A stretch of 63,953 nt of DNA, the filler included, from Kipferlia bialata (taxonomy: Eukaryota), in assembly GCA_003568945.1 (NCBI GenBank). It is 7 parts of 7 records of this genome, joined end to end, with 100 filler letters (N's around TTAATTAATTAA, not from the genome) between each part and the next. Parts side by side here need not be neighbours in the genome. Positions count along the whole stretch, not along the records: positions 24,133 to 30,522 come from BDIP01001154.1; positions 30,623 to 42,550 come from BDIP01001155.1; 5 more parts are not named here. One strand, written 5' to 3'. A program made the position numbers and the translations under genes. Numbering within the stretch: position 1 is the first letter of the stretch; each line of letters opens with the position of its first letter. Below, one piece after another: positions 24,870-38,169 of this stretch. The notes under the pieces were generated by a model. The model was not told the origin of the DNA and searched no databases. It saw only the letters and a program-made list of their open reading frames with translations.

Positions 24870-25585
24870 GATCAGTTTCGTCTGTGTCTGACTTGAAGGA
24901 AGAGAGACACTGCGTCTTGGAGCTGGCAGGGCCCCTAGCGAATTGTCGGAGAATCGGAGAATCGGAGAGTCTTTTTGAGACTTGCCCTTCTGGCCCAAAA
25001 GCAACGCAGGCACTTATGCAACACTGACTCCCGTGCCACCCTCCCACACTACTCTCTGGGCTATATTGTGGTCATTTGGAGACTCAGTATTGTCATATAT
25101 TGAGTTTTGACTGGCTGAGTTTGAGTTTTGTAATTAGTCCGAAGTAAAGGGGCCAGAGGCTCAAGACCGGTGTCGAATCGTCTTGGGACTATTACGTAAG
25201 TCGTGAGAAACGTGATGAGGGCGTTTCTCTCTCGCGAGATACCGGACCGCTGGGGCATTATCCCTCAGATAGCGAACACAGTAGTGTACTGCATTGTATT
25301 TCTCAGCTGCTTATTCATTTTCTGTGCTTGGCACTGACACTGTATCAAATGCAGCATTGAAACGTGATTCCGAATCCGTCTGGGAGCGTTTATACCGGTG
25401 AAGTGCTGATCAATGCTGCTTAGATCTAACACGAAGTTAACACGCTAGACACCAGCTGCAGCGCAGGATACAATACACATGCCAAAACAGCACACTCGAT
25501 CTATTCATGTGAATCATGACAATAAAGAAAACAATACAAATAGTTGCCATCCACATAAAACAAGGGCCAGTAACTATCATAGTTA

Positions 25586-28500
25586 CTACGGAGTCCACTT
25601 GATGGGTGTCTGCAAGTCGAAGGCTCTTGATGCCTCCTGCGCTGCTGCTGCTGCTGCCTCTGCCTGTCTCAGTACAGAGGCCAGGGCACCCACCCCAGAG
25701 GCAGTCATGTCCATGGTGCCCACAAGGAGCATGGGGCTAGGGGGACTAGGGGGACTAGGGGGGGTAGGGGTAGGGGTAGGGGGTCTCTCCTCCTCTGTGG
25801 GTGAGGACGGGGGTGGCACAGGGACAGCGGTGGGGGTCTCAGGGACATGAACCACAACCACATGCTTCTCCCCCTCCTTCTCCTCACTCTCTCTCCTAGG
25901 ACGCCTAGCCAAAGGCTTCTCTTCAGGTGCCACACTCTCAGATACAGCAGGTACTGACACCTGTAACGAAGCCTCACGCTCCAAGGCCAGTGCTGCTATC
26001 TCAGCACTGCTGTCATATGTGCATGGCTCATAGGGGGGAAGCTCGGACTCCACCTCTTGGGGGACAGTCTCTCCCTCAGAAGTAGAGTCAGCCTTATCCA
26101 CCTCCTCCTCCTCCTCCTCCTTCGCCTCTGCCTCTACCTCTGCCCCAGTGTCAACACGAGCATCACTGCTATCAGCAGCTGCAGCTGCAGCTACTGGTGC
26201 CTCAGGAATGGGTACCTCGTTCGCCTCCACTACCACCTCCTCTGGGGTAGAGACAGTGTCAGGAACAGTCTCAGAGACCACTGCTGCATCCTCCTGTGCC
26301 TCTCTCTCTGCCACTGCTGCATCCTCCTTTACACTCTGTGTCTCTCCACCCATCTCCTCCCCCTGCACACTGTCTAGGGTGGCAGTGGCAACAGAAGCAT
26401 CACCCTCATCCTTCACCCCCTCTGCCTCAGCATCACTGTGAGCATCAGATATCCCCTTGTCCTCCCCCTTGACACTGTCCAGGGTGGCAGTGGCAGCAGC
26501 AACAAGAGATAGGGACACAGCACGGGAGGGGTCGGCGACAGGACCAGTCTCTGACTCATCAGTGCCGTTCTCAGCAACCTCTGGGCCCTTGTCAGTATCA
26601 ACCGCAGCTGGTGCAGGCTCTGCAACCTCGGCCTCGGCCTCTGTCTCCTGTGCAACAGGTGCATCCACCCCTTCAGTCACACCCCCTGTAGTTGACTTAG
26701 CAGCCTCTTCCTCAACCGCTGTCTGACCCTCATCCTCACCCTCAACTACATCCTCAACGTTACCCTCAGGCTCAGCGTCTGCCTCTACATCCGCCTCTGG
26801 CTCGGTCTTGGGCTCATCTTCGTCAGCACCCTCAGCTTCACTCTCTCCCACTGGCACTGGCACTGCCTCCTCAGTCTCCACATCGCCTCCCTCCTCATCT
26901 CGTGCACTTGGACTTGGGACATCTGGTGCCGTGACATACTCAGTCTCAGGCTCAGGTGTAGTGTCAGGCTCAACTGTCACCTGCACCTCCTCCTCTGGCA
27001 GAGTGGCAGCACTCTCAGAGACAGTGGCACCTTCCTCCTCCTTTTCAGTGCCAGGCACAGCGTCAGCAACTCCCTCACCCTCAACTGTCTCCTCCTCCTC
27101 TCCCTCTGTACCGCCATCTGCCTCACCCTCTGGTGCATCTGTCACTGTGTCGACAGTGGCATCAGGACCATTCTCAGGCACAGCATCACCCGCTGCCTCT
27201 ACTTCTCTCTCTCTCTCCCCCTCTGCCTCCTCTTCTCTCTCCACCTCAGCTGCTGTAGCATCAGTGACAAGCACCTCTTCGGGTTGACTATCATCCACAG
27301 TACCAGGGACAGTGTCCTCTACAGTGTCAGACCCATCTCCCTCGGACTCAGAGAGAGGCTCTGGTAGAGTCTCTGCCTCTGCCTCAGGTGACGCAACAAC
27401 CTCAGCAGCGTCCTCCTCTACCACAGGTGGCGCCACCTCACCCTCTGCCTCTGCCCCTGCCTCTACCTCTCCCTCGTACACACCGGTAGCATCACCACCG
27501 GGTACAGGTAGAGGTACCTCAGGCAGACCGCCTGCCCCCTCTTCAACTGCGCATGGGAGTGGAGAGACAGTCTCCTGCTGCTCAGGAACAGGTACTACAT
27601 CTACACTCTCCTCCCCTACAGATGCAGACACCTCTGCTATGGGAGAGGTGGGGATAGTCACCTCAGCAACAGGCACTTCCTCTTCCACAACAGTCTGAGG
27701 TACACCCTCAGTCTGGGGCACAGGGGCTGTATCTTGAGGCGGTATCTCCGGCTCTGCTGACACAGACTCGACAGCAGGGAACTCCTCCGGCTCTCCCTCT
27801 GACACTAGCATGGACTCTTCCTCCTCTGCCTCTTCCATCGAGGCCTCACACTCTGAGAGCTGGTCTTCCTCTCTCCCACTCTCCCTCTCTGCCTCATCAT
27901 ATGTCACCCCATCACCCTCATAGTCACTCAGGGCAGAGACCTCCTCCTCCTCTCCCTCCATCTCTCTCTCCCTATCACTAGGGCTGGGGCTGGTCATGGT
28001 GGATATGAGCACCCCAGGGTCACCCTCTACAAGTGGTGTCACACATGGGGAGAGCATGTCAAGGTGGCTGGGGGCGTCCTCACCCACACTCTCCCCCTCA
28101 CTCTCGGTCACATACTCCCCATCAGACTCCAGACACTCACTCTCACTCTCAAAGGGGGGTGTGGGGGAGCCAACGGGACTCCTTGTCACCAATAGAGAAG
28201 GGGCGGCCTCGTCCTCACTGATGTCTGTCAGAGACTCCGAGCTCGAAGAGGGCTCCTCCACCTCTAAGGCCACCTCACTGTAACTGGCCCTGCGGAGTGA
28301 GAAGAACATAGTCTAGAGAGAGTACAGGTAGTATATGTGTCTATATAGGAGTGTACCTGAGCCTGTGCGTCCTGCCAGACGATATCGAGGACGAGGATGC
28401 GCGGGGTGAGGGTGGGGATGGGTTGTCGATGTGCCTTGTCTGGGGTGGTACAGTGATGCTAGGGGGGACCTCTGCCTCCTGAGGTATATCATCTGAGTGG

Positions 28501-30451
28501 GCAAACTCAAAGGAGGAGACCAGCCTCTGCACATCCTCACTGTCCTCAGTGTCACTCTCCTTATCTGCCTCTCTCTCTCCCTCCGTATCAGTAGGTGGTA
28601 CTACTGACATGACCACGGCAGGGGCTGATACTACTGCATCAGGTGCAGCCTCTGGTACTGGTACTGGTACTGCCTCATCTACAGAGAGGGACGATGCACT
28701 CGGCTCCCTCTCTCTGACCCTCTCTATCCCTGCATCCAGGTCCCTATCTGCACTCAGCTTCTGTCTGAAGTAGGCCCTGAACGTGAGAAGACATATATTC
28801 CCGAGATACATGTGTAGGACTGTGTATCTGGAGTATATATATATATATAGGTATCCACTGACCTACTGGGTCTCTTCCTTAGGACAGGCCGACCAGAGGG
28901 GGGTGGAGGAGTGCGTGGCAGGATGGGTGGTGGGGCCACCTCACTCTCTCCCTCTCCGTCTCCCTCTCCCTCAGCAGGTGTCTCCCCATCTGTGTCTGGT
29001 GATAGAGAGAGGGTGGGTATCACCGGTGGCTGTGCCTTCCTCTCTGTAGGAGACCCAACCTCTATACTGGGGGGCCGCGCACTCGTGTAGGAGGGCTTCT
29101 TGGATATGCTCTTGCGCTGCCTGGGCGGCTTGGCAGGTACACCCTTCCTCTCTCTCTCTCTCTGAGGGAGAGGGGGGATAGCGTCTGAGCCGGTGCTAGG
29201 CTGTGTCTTCCCCTTTGCCCCCTTCCCCCTAGCCCTCATGTCTCTGGGTGGTGCCAGACTGTCAGAGACAGAGGTGCTGTTACGCTTGATGTTCCTGGGG
29301 TGAGAAACACCATACACGCATCAAACGTATGATATGATAGAGAATGGTTAACTCACTTGGTCTTGGTCTGTGCCCTGGCCTTCATCAGCGCCTCCTTCTT
29401 CTCTCTCTCCTCCTTCTGCTTCCTCTCTCTCTCCACCTCCACCCGACACTGTTCCCGGAGGTTGAACGCTCTATGGTCAGCTTCAGTGGAGTGTGAGAGG
29501 AGTAACCAGATAGTGGGTATAGTAGTAATCAGTACCTAGTCTGAATCTCCAGTGGGGCGTCGGTTCCTGCTAAGAGTTTCTCTAGAGGAGCCTCAGCCTC
29601 AGCATACTGGTGTGTGTAGACAAGCTCCTGCAATGAGAATGAAGATAGTATAGGAGATAGTATAGAAGAGACTATTTTAAGCTACACTGGGCACACTCAC
29701 CTGACACATGCAGAGAGCCGATATCGGTGCGAACTTTGCCCACTCTGTTCTGTATGCCACAGGGGGGCCCATTGTGGATAGTAACTGGCTGCTGGTGACC
29801 CCAGGCACCTGGGAGCTGTCGGAGGTGGGTGAGGAGGCATCACAGAGAGCCACAGAGCGCCTGGCAGCCTGGAGGGCCTGGGGGTGCCTATGGTGAGAGG
29901 AGAGGATGTACCTGGGTATATATTGGGCGATAAGAACTCCACAGTATACACATAGGGATACTGGCCCCACCTGTTGCACTGTGCGTATGCAGTGGATAGG
30001 TTGAGGACCACCCTAGGCAGCGGGGGAGGGGTGATGACAGAGTGACCCCCGGCCACAGCCCTCTCCTCCATCTGGGGTCAGGGACAGCAAATATTTAGAC
30101 ATGATACACCCTATATATAGGGTCAGGGACCTCTCCTCCATCCGGGGTCAGGGATACATGGATAAACTATGTATATAGTAATCACTATATATGTATGGGT
30201 GAGCGACAGTACATATGAAGAGGGATACATACTATGGATACACACTATGGACACACTATGGACACACTATGGATACACACTATTAATTGGGTCAGGGACA
30301 TAGTGATACAGGGAGCAAGGTCACACAGGAGTGATGGGAGAAGGGGGGGGGGGCGTACCTGCAGCCTAACACCATCCAGAGCGGCAAGACCCGATGCACA
30401 GCCTGTCAGTGCCTCCACAGCCAGGGGGAAGAGACCCTCCCGTAGCATGAC
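25586..30451 (-). CDS. Large protein, 5' partial: helical (possibly TPR-like) region, coiled coil and a very long Glu/Ala/Val/Pro-rich acidic tail
   Basis: The terminal exon lies in the 907-aa ORF 25586-28309. Upstream ORF segments have GT..AG boundaries up to 30451. Confidence 0.7.
30226..30283 (+). repeat. Intronic tandem repeat of ACACTATGG(AC/ATAC), about 4-5 units
   Basis: actatggatacacactatggacacactatggacacactatggatacacactat. Confidence 0.8.
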
Positions 30452-30522
30452 CTAAGGGGTGAGAGAGGAAAGAAATGGAAGAGGGGGGGGGGGGGGGGGG
30501 GGGGGAGAAGTTGGGGGGACAT

Positions 30523-30622
30523 NNNNNNNNNNNNNNNNNNNNNNNNNNNNNNNNNNNNNNNNNNNNTTAATTAATTAANNNNNNNNNNNNNNNNNNNNNN
30601 NNNNNNNNNNNNNNNNNNNNNN
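30523..30622. other. Artificial contig-joining spacer
   Basis: N44-TTAATTAATTAA-N44. Confidence 0.97.
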
Positions 30623-30633
30623 AAGAGGGAGAA

Positions 30634-30664
<31 letters not shown>

Positions 30665-31054
30665 GAGAGAGAGGGATGTATCAAGTACCATTCAGTGGTA
30701 CTAAAGGTTGCGGGATGGCTCCCTGTGTATGTATCTAAGTATTAGATAGTATGTATATGTACCTGCATACCAGTATGCACTGTGTGCGAAGAAGACCTTG
30801 GAACTGACACACGGCTAGGGAGGATCCCCCACCCCCTACAATACCCATGTGGGTGTGTGGGTGGGTGTGTGTATGTGTGTGGCTGAGCCACACAGCAACA
30901 GGAGAGGAACAGAGGCTAGGACTCTATTGCCACTGGCTGTATAGAGGGTGTCACCAAGGGGGTCCAAAAACAACGAACGAGAGAATCGGTGTGACACTCT
31001 CTAACCATACACATACTGTCACCACAACGTCCGCCTGCCAACCTTCTCTAAGGC

Positions 31055-34000
31055 ATGGCCTCCACCCCCCCTCCCCTTGTGGTGGGGCTTGATGTGGACG
31101 ACACATCAATGTGTGTGGCTCTGAGTGTGGAGGGTGGGGCGGCAGAGGTATGTGACCTAGACTCCCATCTGCTGGGGGTAGTAGATATCTACAAGCTGTG
31201 TTGACGGCACTAACCGGTAAACTCCTTTAGAGACCTGCAGAAGCAATCCCCCCCCCCCCCCCATATATATATGTGTGTGTGTGAAGCGTGTAGACCATGT
31301 TTACAGTACTCCCCCTCCCCACACACACATACTCTTACCACCCCAGCCTATACGTGACTGGAGACTGTCAGCCCTCTCTCGACCCATACACGGGGCCAGG
31401 GTATCCACTGACATGGTATACACATGTCGGCCTGGGGAACAGCCCCTAGGTGTTCTTGACCTGGGTAGGGGGGCTGCTCTCACAGGGAAAGAGGACATGT
31501 TCCGCACACATGGTCTGTCTTCTCTCGTCCAGAATGGAACAGTGATGGCGGGACAGCTTCCCTCTAATCTGACACGGCAGACAGTGGTTGCAGACGGTCT
31601 AAGGTACATATATATGTATATATATATGTGTGCTTCAGTGTCAGTTTACCATTTGCATACCTGTTCCAATACTGAGAAGTCATAAGTATCAGTATCAGTA
31701 TCATACTCTTCATTATATGTGCAACTCTCTCACGCTTCCAAGATATTTATACTCTAACATGCCTAGGAGTGTACGCCGGGCTGTATCCTTCCACTTGGCG
31801 ACAGACACCTCACTTGAGGAGGCAGTATGGTGAGTGTCATGTCACCCACTTCACTATCGGTGACATTTCCTGATTGGAGTGTGTATAACACCTACTACTA
31901 AAATGAACGGATTGGTACTACAAAGGGCATTTGATCAATTACTACCACTACATAGAAACATACTACATACCATACTACTAGAATAGACATACTACATACC
32001 CCCCACCTTCTTACCTTCAGGGTGATCACGGTACCCTCCCATTGGTCTGATAGCACAGTGCGTGTGTGGCTAGATGCGGCACATGACAGTGGTATTGTGC
32101 CTGAGGTCAGACAGGGTCAGACCCCCAGGGTACACATCCTGACGGCCGCACAGGCCGTACTCTCTGGCTGGGATGTGTCCCCCCCTGGTTCTCTCTCCCT
32201 AAGGCAGACCAACGACAGCTGCATAGTGGTGGTAGGAGGGGAGACATCGGTGGATGCAGAGTATATGAGGTATGCTAGCCTGTTCTCTTAACTACTGTAT
32301 CTAGCAACAAAGATATTGCCTATTCACACTGTGGCTGACAGCCACTGGCTGTCAGTGACTCACTCCATCTAATCTCAGACTGAATCAATCTCGTCCTTTC
32401 GTGTCCAGTGGTCACCTAGTGTCACACACCCATACACTCGAGTCCGACTTTCTCTCTCTCGTCTCAGGACGTGTGGGGAGAAAGGGCGCTAGACTGCTGC
32501 AGACCAACTTCTCCTGCGCCAGTCGTGTCCTCTTGGGGTTCAGGACAGCCTGTGAGGGGATACCCTCACCCGATCAGGGGGTGACCTTCATGGTGGGTGT
32601 TGCATACGGTAATAGTGATACCATTATAATGAATGTACATTACTGTAGTATACTCCACTAATATATATCTCTATGTATACTTACAATCAATTATTCATGT
32701 TGATTCCGGTGTCTTACCTAGCTGCCTCGTGAACTCATGTCTACCGTATCGCGTAGAAGAGCTCGCAAGTCCGGTATCTTTGGTGAACAGATGACCCTGA
32801 CGAGCTCCGACGTCTCAGCCGTGTACCGACCCACCCTGAGGGCCATAGCAACCATCATAGACACCCTGCTGGGGCACTGCAAGTACACTGAGGTGGGTGT
32901 GCATATGTTCAGACATACATATGGACCAATCTGATAACTAATTGTAGGAGGCTACACGGATGCCTAGTGTGGGTATCCTTCTGACTGGACCTCTCTTTGC
33001 CAGACCACACATGGTGGATGGCATATGCAGCACCTTCCACGGCACAGTCCAGTGGGTGCACACGGTGCCACACCCAGGTACTGTCTCTCTCTATATGTGT
33101 ATTCGATACCACATTAGTGTGTGCTTACCTACACGATCAGAGGCTCTATCACATATTGGATAACTCTTACCCCTAGAAGGAGCAGCTGCCCTCTACGGAT
33201 GTGGCTTGGGGGTTAGAGGGATGGAGACTCTCCTCAGTGCAGAGACTGTGTCTGAGTCTGGTCTATCCCAAAAGGACAGGGTCTCAGAGAGTTCACAAGA
33301 GCCAGAGGAGTCTGATGACCCCATTGCCAATGCCGCCTCACTCTACCAGGCAGTGTCTGCACCAACTATACACGACACTGGAGCTGCAGTGCCACACGAG
33401 AGTGGTGCCCCAGCTATACCCCTAGAGCAGCATCGGCCAGCCACTACACCCACACTAGGGCCAACTAGTAACCCATACCAGCACAGCTATTCCGGTAAAA
33501 CCGTGACCGGGATGCCAGACACAGTGCCAACACCAGATACTACGTCACAGGTCAGCCGACTACACATCAATTGGTACATCACAATCGACGCTAGTATATA
33601 TCGCACGTTTTGACATATTTCCTTGTAATTTTCTTCTCGCCATAGCCGGTGATAGTACACGCGTTAGTCTCACCCCAGTCCCTACCCGAGCCATCAGACA
33701 TGGGTGCCATGCTCAGTGCAATACAGTCAGAGGCATACCCTCTGGAGGCACTCTCCACTATACTACACAGCATGAGTGACCTACTCAAGACAGGAGGTAC
33801 ACAATATATATAATTTCTTTTCTCTATGACTTATATACCAGTCAGTGTGATTGGGTTTGAATATGGTAGTAACCCCAGCCCACCAGATTACCGCCCTCAA
33901 CAAGGCACAGGGACACATACCCATCCTAAGACTGATGGCGCACAACCTCGGCGACTCTGGTGTGTTCACTGAGGGAGCACGGGCACTGTGCAGCATGACA

Positions 34001-37000
34001 TACGGAGAGGCAGGTGCGATGGGGTGTAAAGCTGTGAGGGACTAATAGTAATAACACACTTTGTAAATGAGTACTGTGATTGATTCAAATATACTGACAA
34101 CCTTATCACAGGCAAGGTGGGCAAGGAGGCCGTGGCGAAGTCAGGCGGCGCCACTCTAGTGGTCTCTGGTATGAAGCTGTATGCTGATATGGAAGAGGCC
34201 TGTACTGTGGCACTGGGATGTCTTGGGAACCTCGCCAATTATGGTATGTTTTGCATTCGTCTCGTTGTGTCACAAACAATCCATGTGACTGGAGTCGACC
34301 TCACCGTAGGTGCGAGTGTGTCAGGCGTTAGGGAAGCACAGTGCGAGAGCATAGTGACTACAGCCATGGGACAGTATCCCATGCATGTCAAGGTGACACT
34401 GTACGGGGCATCTCTACTGACAAGTCTGGCATCAGGTGTGTATAAGCAATCTCCTGGATTCATCTAGTTGTCATATCAAGTTGTAGATAGAGATTTGTTA
34501 CTATTCCCTTCGGCACCAAATATTGACAACCACCCTCAACAACACGTAACTTCAGCTGCCTCCCCCTCCCAGACGCTCAGACTGTCCTCCGCTGTCCCAA
34601 TACTAGTTAGTGCTATCCGCAACCACCCGAGCCACCTTCTCATTTCCAAGTATGCAATAGCTGCACTGGGTAACATTGCATTCCCAGGTGAGAATGTGGG
34701 AGTCTAACTATGCCCCTTTGACCCTGACGTCAGTCCCGGTGCTCACTCTCTTCGACTCAGAGTCATACATCGATACTATCATGGAGTCGTGCCACCGTTG
34801 GATGGCTACCTCGCCCAACTCGGTACCATGCATTGCGCTGCTCGGAAACTTAGCTCGAAGTAGAGGTGCTTCTCACTGGGTTGTTGCTACTCGTAATATT
34901 CTGACATAGTATATCGTATATCGCACACTATTCAGTGGAGAGAGATAAACATAGACCTGACACTCACAGGGGCACTATCTGCTATGGCCGCTCTTGGCCT
35001 GATGCCCTTACTGACCTCGACCCTTGCGTCCCCCGACACTGACACTGAAAGCATGTGTCACTGCCTCATGGCCATCACAAACATCGCAAGTACGTAGAAG
35101 CGGGCGTTCTAAAGGATACCACTCGGACTAACCACCCAGAATACGACCGCAGTGTTCTCCAGGACGATACCCACCTCGCTGTGTTGAGGGCTGTCGTTGA
35201 GAGGATGATTGACTCCAAGCCAGTGTTGATGGAGGGCTGCGACGCACTTGCCAACCTTTCATCGTCCTGTATGTACTCTTTGGTTATCTACTCGTTACTT
35301 TAACTTTTGTCAGTAACTCAACATTATCCACTGATTTCACTCTAGCGTCGCAGATCCAGGTGGATCTGTCTGCGGCTGGGGCTGTTCCATCTCTCAAGGT
35401 GGCACTTGCCACCTTCAAGGAGGACGGAGATGTGTGTGGCAGGATCCTGAAGGTGTTTGTCAACCTGTCACAGCATGGTACGCTCTTCCGTGCAAGAGTG
35501 ATATATGCCACCATGATATTACCTAATCTTCAGAAGGAACTCGTGAGAGTTTGGAGGAGTTAAGCTGCCCAGATATTGTCTTGTCGGTTGCTAAGAGACA
35601 CTCAGGGGTCCCGTTAGTAGTTGAAAGCACAGCAATCTTCTTTGGCAACATGGTCGTGGGAGGTAAGCCGATTGCTCTGTTAAAGATTGAGAATGATCAT
35701 CCACGACCTTGTCGTGTAGTTCCTTTCTCCAACCATAGCCACTGCAGCTCGTGCCGTTAGGCTGGGAAGTCCTGCAATTCAGGTCCTGGTATCCACAGCT
35801 ACGTCTCAGATGCAAGACACTAGTGTGGTAGTTGCTTTAATGAGGCTCTTCAGGAATCTGGCAAACAGAGGTAACTGTTCTATAATGCCCCATGGACATG
35901 TATAGTCGCCTCTCTCACTTCTCAGACCCCACTCGCAAGGCTCTTTTCCAGCACCGTGCCCACACGTTGACCCTGGATATCATGAGATCCCACCTAGACT
36001 CTGAGGTCGTGATGGGACAGGGTGCGGGTGTGCTGCAGAACATGGCTCTATCAGGTAAGGGTAGCTGAATGATACACTGTAATAACGGCCTACTACGGGT
36101 AGGAGCTCTTTCTAATCCAGACAAGACCGGAGGCTCCCAGGCGTCAGTGCTAGCAGGATGTGGAACAGTGTCTCTTGTGTCTTCGTGTCTGCAGAGAGAG
36201 GGAGTGCCAGCCTCGCAACAAGCTTCTCTACTCTCCATCCTGAGGAACATGGCCTCACAGGGTGAGTGATGAGTATGTATATGTATGTATGCTATGTTGC
36301 TGTTTCCAATGCAAGTGTCTCTCTTGACTTACCCCAGAGCCTCTCCGCCCTGTTCTGTTCCACCATGGATGCCACTCCCTAGCCCTCACAGCCCTCAGAC
36401 AGTGTTCTAGTAACAGAGCCGTGCAGACAGCAGGCCTATGGGTGCTGGGTCTCATGTCTCAAGGAGGTACATACTAATGTGTCTTGGATATCAGATATTC
36501 GAACTCTACCTGGACCCTCTTGGTTAGTATCGTTAGAGTATTGCTGCCGTCCGCAACTAACATGTAGACCCTGTGAGATGCTCCTCAATTCAAGAGGCTG
36601 GGGCCCAGGATGTCATATGCGCAGCATTGCATACACACTCTCAGGACAGAGCTGTGTGTTATGCAGGTCTGAAGGGGCTCCTGGCTCTGTCTGAGGGAGG
36701 ATCAGGTATGGCCTGCGTGAACTACATGCTGCTATACTATCTGGCCTTGTACACGTGTGTCATGATGGACGGTACTAGCCTCCTAACACCAGACCTAGAA
36801 AATTGCAAGGCAGCTGCCAATCTTGTGCTTCAGGCCCATCCCAATGACAGAGATATAGAGCCGCTGACAAGAGAAATTACTGGAAGAGAGGCACCAACCA
36901 AGGATGTGCAGATGGGTGGAAACGTACCAAAGGTGCATGAGGGGGTAACAGAGCCAGAGGGCCTTGTGAAGGTTCTGGAGCGGAGGGAGACTGATGCTGC

Positions 37001-37926
37001 TCTACTGGAGGAGGTATGAGATATTCGTAAATACAGATAGATGAGATGTATATATTGTGAGTAGCCACGGGTTAAGGACTCTCAACTACAATCATGGAGA
37101 CAGTGTACTGCTATATAGTGAGAGATACAACTGTTTCTTTGTCTGCTCTCTTCCTGTCATGTGTTACTAACTCCAGCTGAGTTCTTTCTCGTGGGGTCCC
37201 AGAGTCCAAGCTTGCATTATGAGTGGGTCCACACAGGAGAGAATCCATTTCTGTTCCTATTTCCATTAGCTTTGACATTGGCCTTTGTGACCTGTCCCCA
37301 CTATCTATTCACCACTCACCCCAGCTGTTTCTCAACAGCAATGAAGTCGGGTACCCTGGCATAGTCACTCTAACTCGTGCACTGCAGTCACTGCCTGGCC
37401 TCAAAGAAGTATGTGATATATATTCATATATACATATACACACATGTGTATGTGGGAGTGTTCTTACCGCCACCATATCCTTGCGTTCCCAACTGCTGCT
37501 CATCCCCTCACTCTAGCTGTACCTGAACGACAACGCTATAAGCGACATTGGAGTCAAAGCACTATGCACCGTGCTCCCCAGTCTTAACTCCCTCACCCGT
37601 GTAAGTATAAGACCCTCCACAAGTAGCAATCTGACAACAACAACGTAGAACTCGAACGTGTACATAGTACTGACACAAGCTGTTCCTCGGCACCAACTGT
37701 ATCGGAGACAACGGGGCTAAGGCGCTGGCCGCCAGCCTCCCATCGCTACCTCTTCTCTCACAGGTGGGATACTGTCTCAGTACCAATAAGATTGCCACGT
37801 GTTTGCCTGAATGACATTAATATACCCTCACCTTAGCTATACCTCCGTGGCAACATCAGCATTGGGCATATTGGAGCCAGTGCCATTCGTGAGGCTGTTC
37901 CGGATGGGTGCTCCGTCCTTTTCTGA
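31055..37926 (+). CDS. Multidomain protein: degenerate HSPA12-like Hsp70 nucleotide-binding domain + armadillo repeats + RI-like LRRs
   Basis: VVGLDVDDTSMCVA, WVITVPSHWSDSTVRVWLDAAHDSGI, CIVVVGGETSVD, GILLTGPLFARPHM and EGAAALYG follow the order of Hsp70/HSPA12 motifs. ARM units (ALGCLGNLA, AIAALGNIA, GAGVLQNMA) follow, then four LRRs (e.g. LYLNDNAISDIGVKAL). The NBD-ARM and ARM-LRR junctions I checked are in frame. Confidence 0.72.
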
Positions 37927-38169
37927 TAGAATCTTTCTTGGGAACTTGTGGTGAACAGAACATGCATACTATAATGGACCATTATTAATGGTGACTTGAA
38001 TGGATTAGATGTCTGCTGGGTCTTTACACTTCTGCGGTGTAGTCATAGAGTCATAACTCTATTCACATAGTTCCTCAGAGTATGATATGTCAGTTTTCGT
38101 TGCTCAATGTTGTTCAACTACGATATATGGGCCATCTATGAAAGTAATGTGAATTTGGCTCGAAAGCCT

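Noticed and set aside
30760..30930. Possible minus-strand exons at the contig start
   Set aside because: One plausible short exon only, too little to call.
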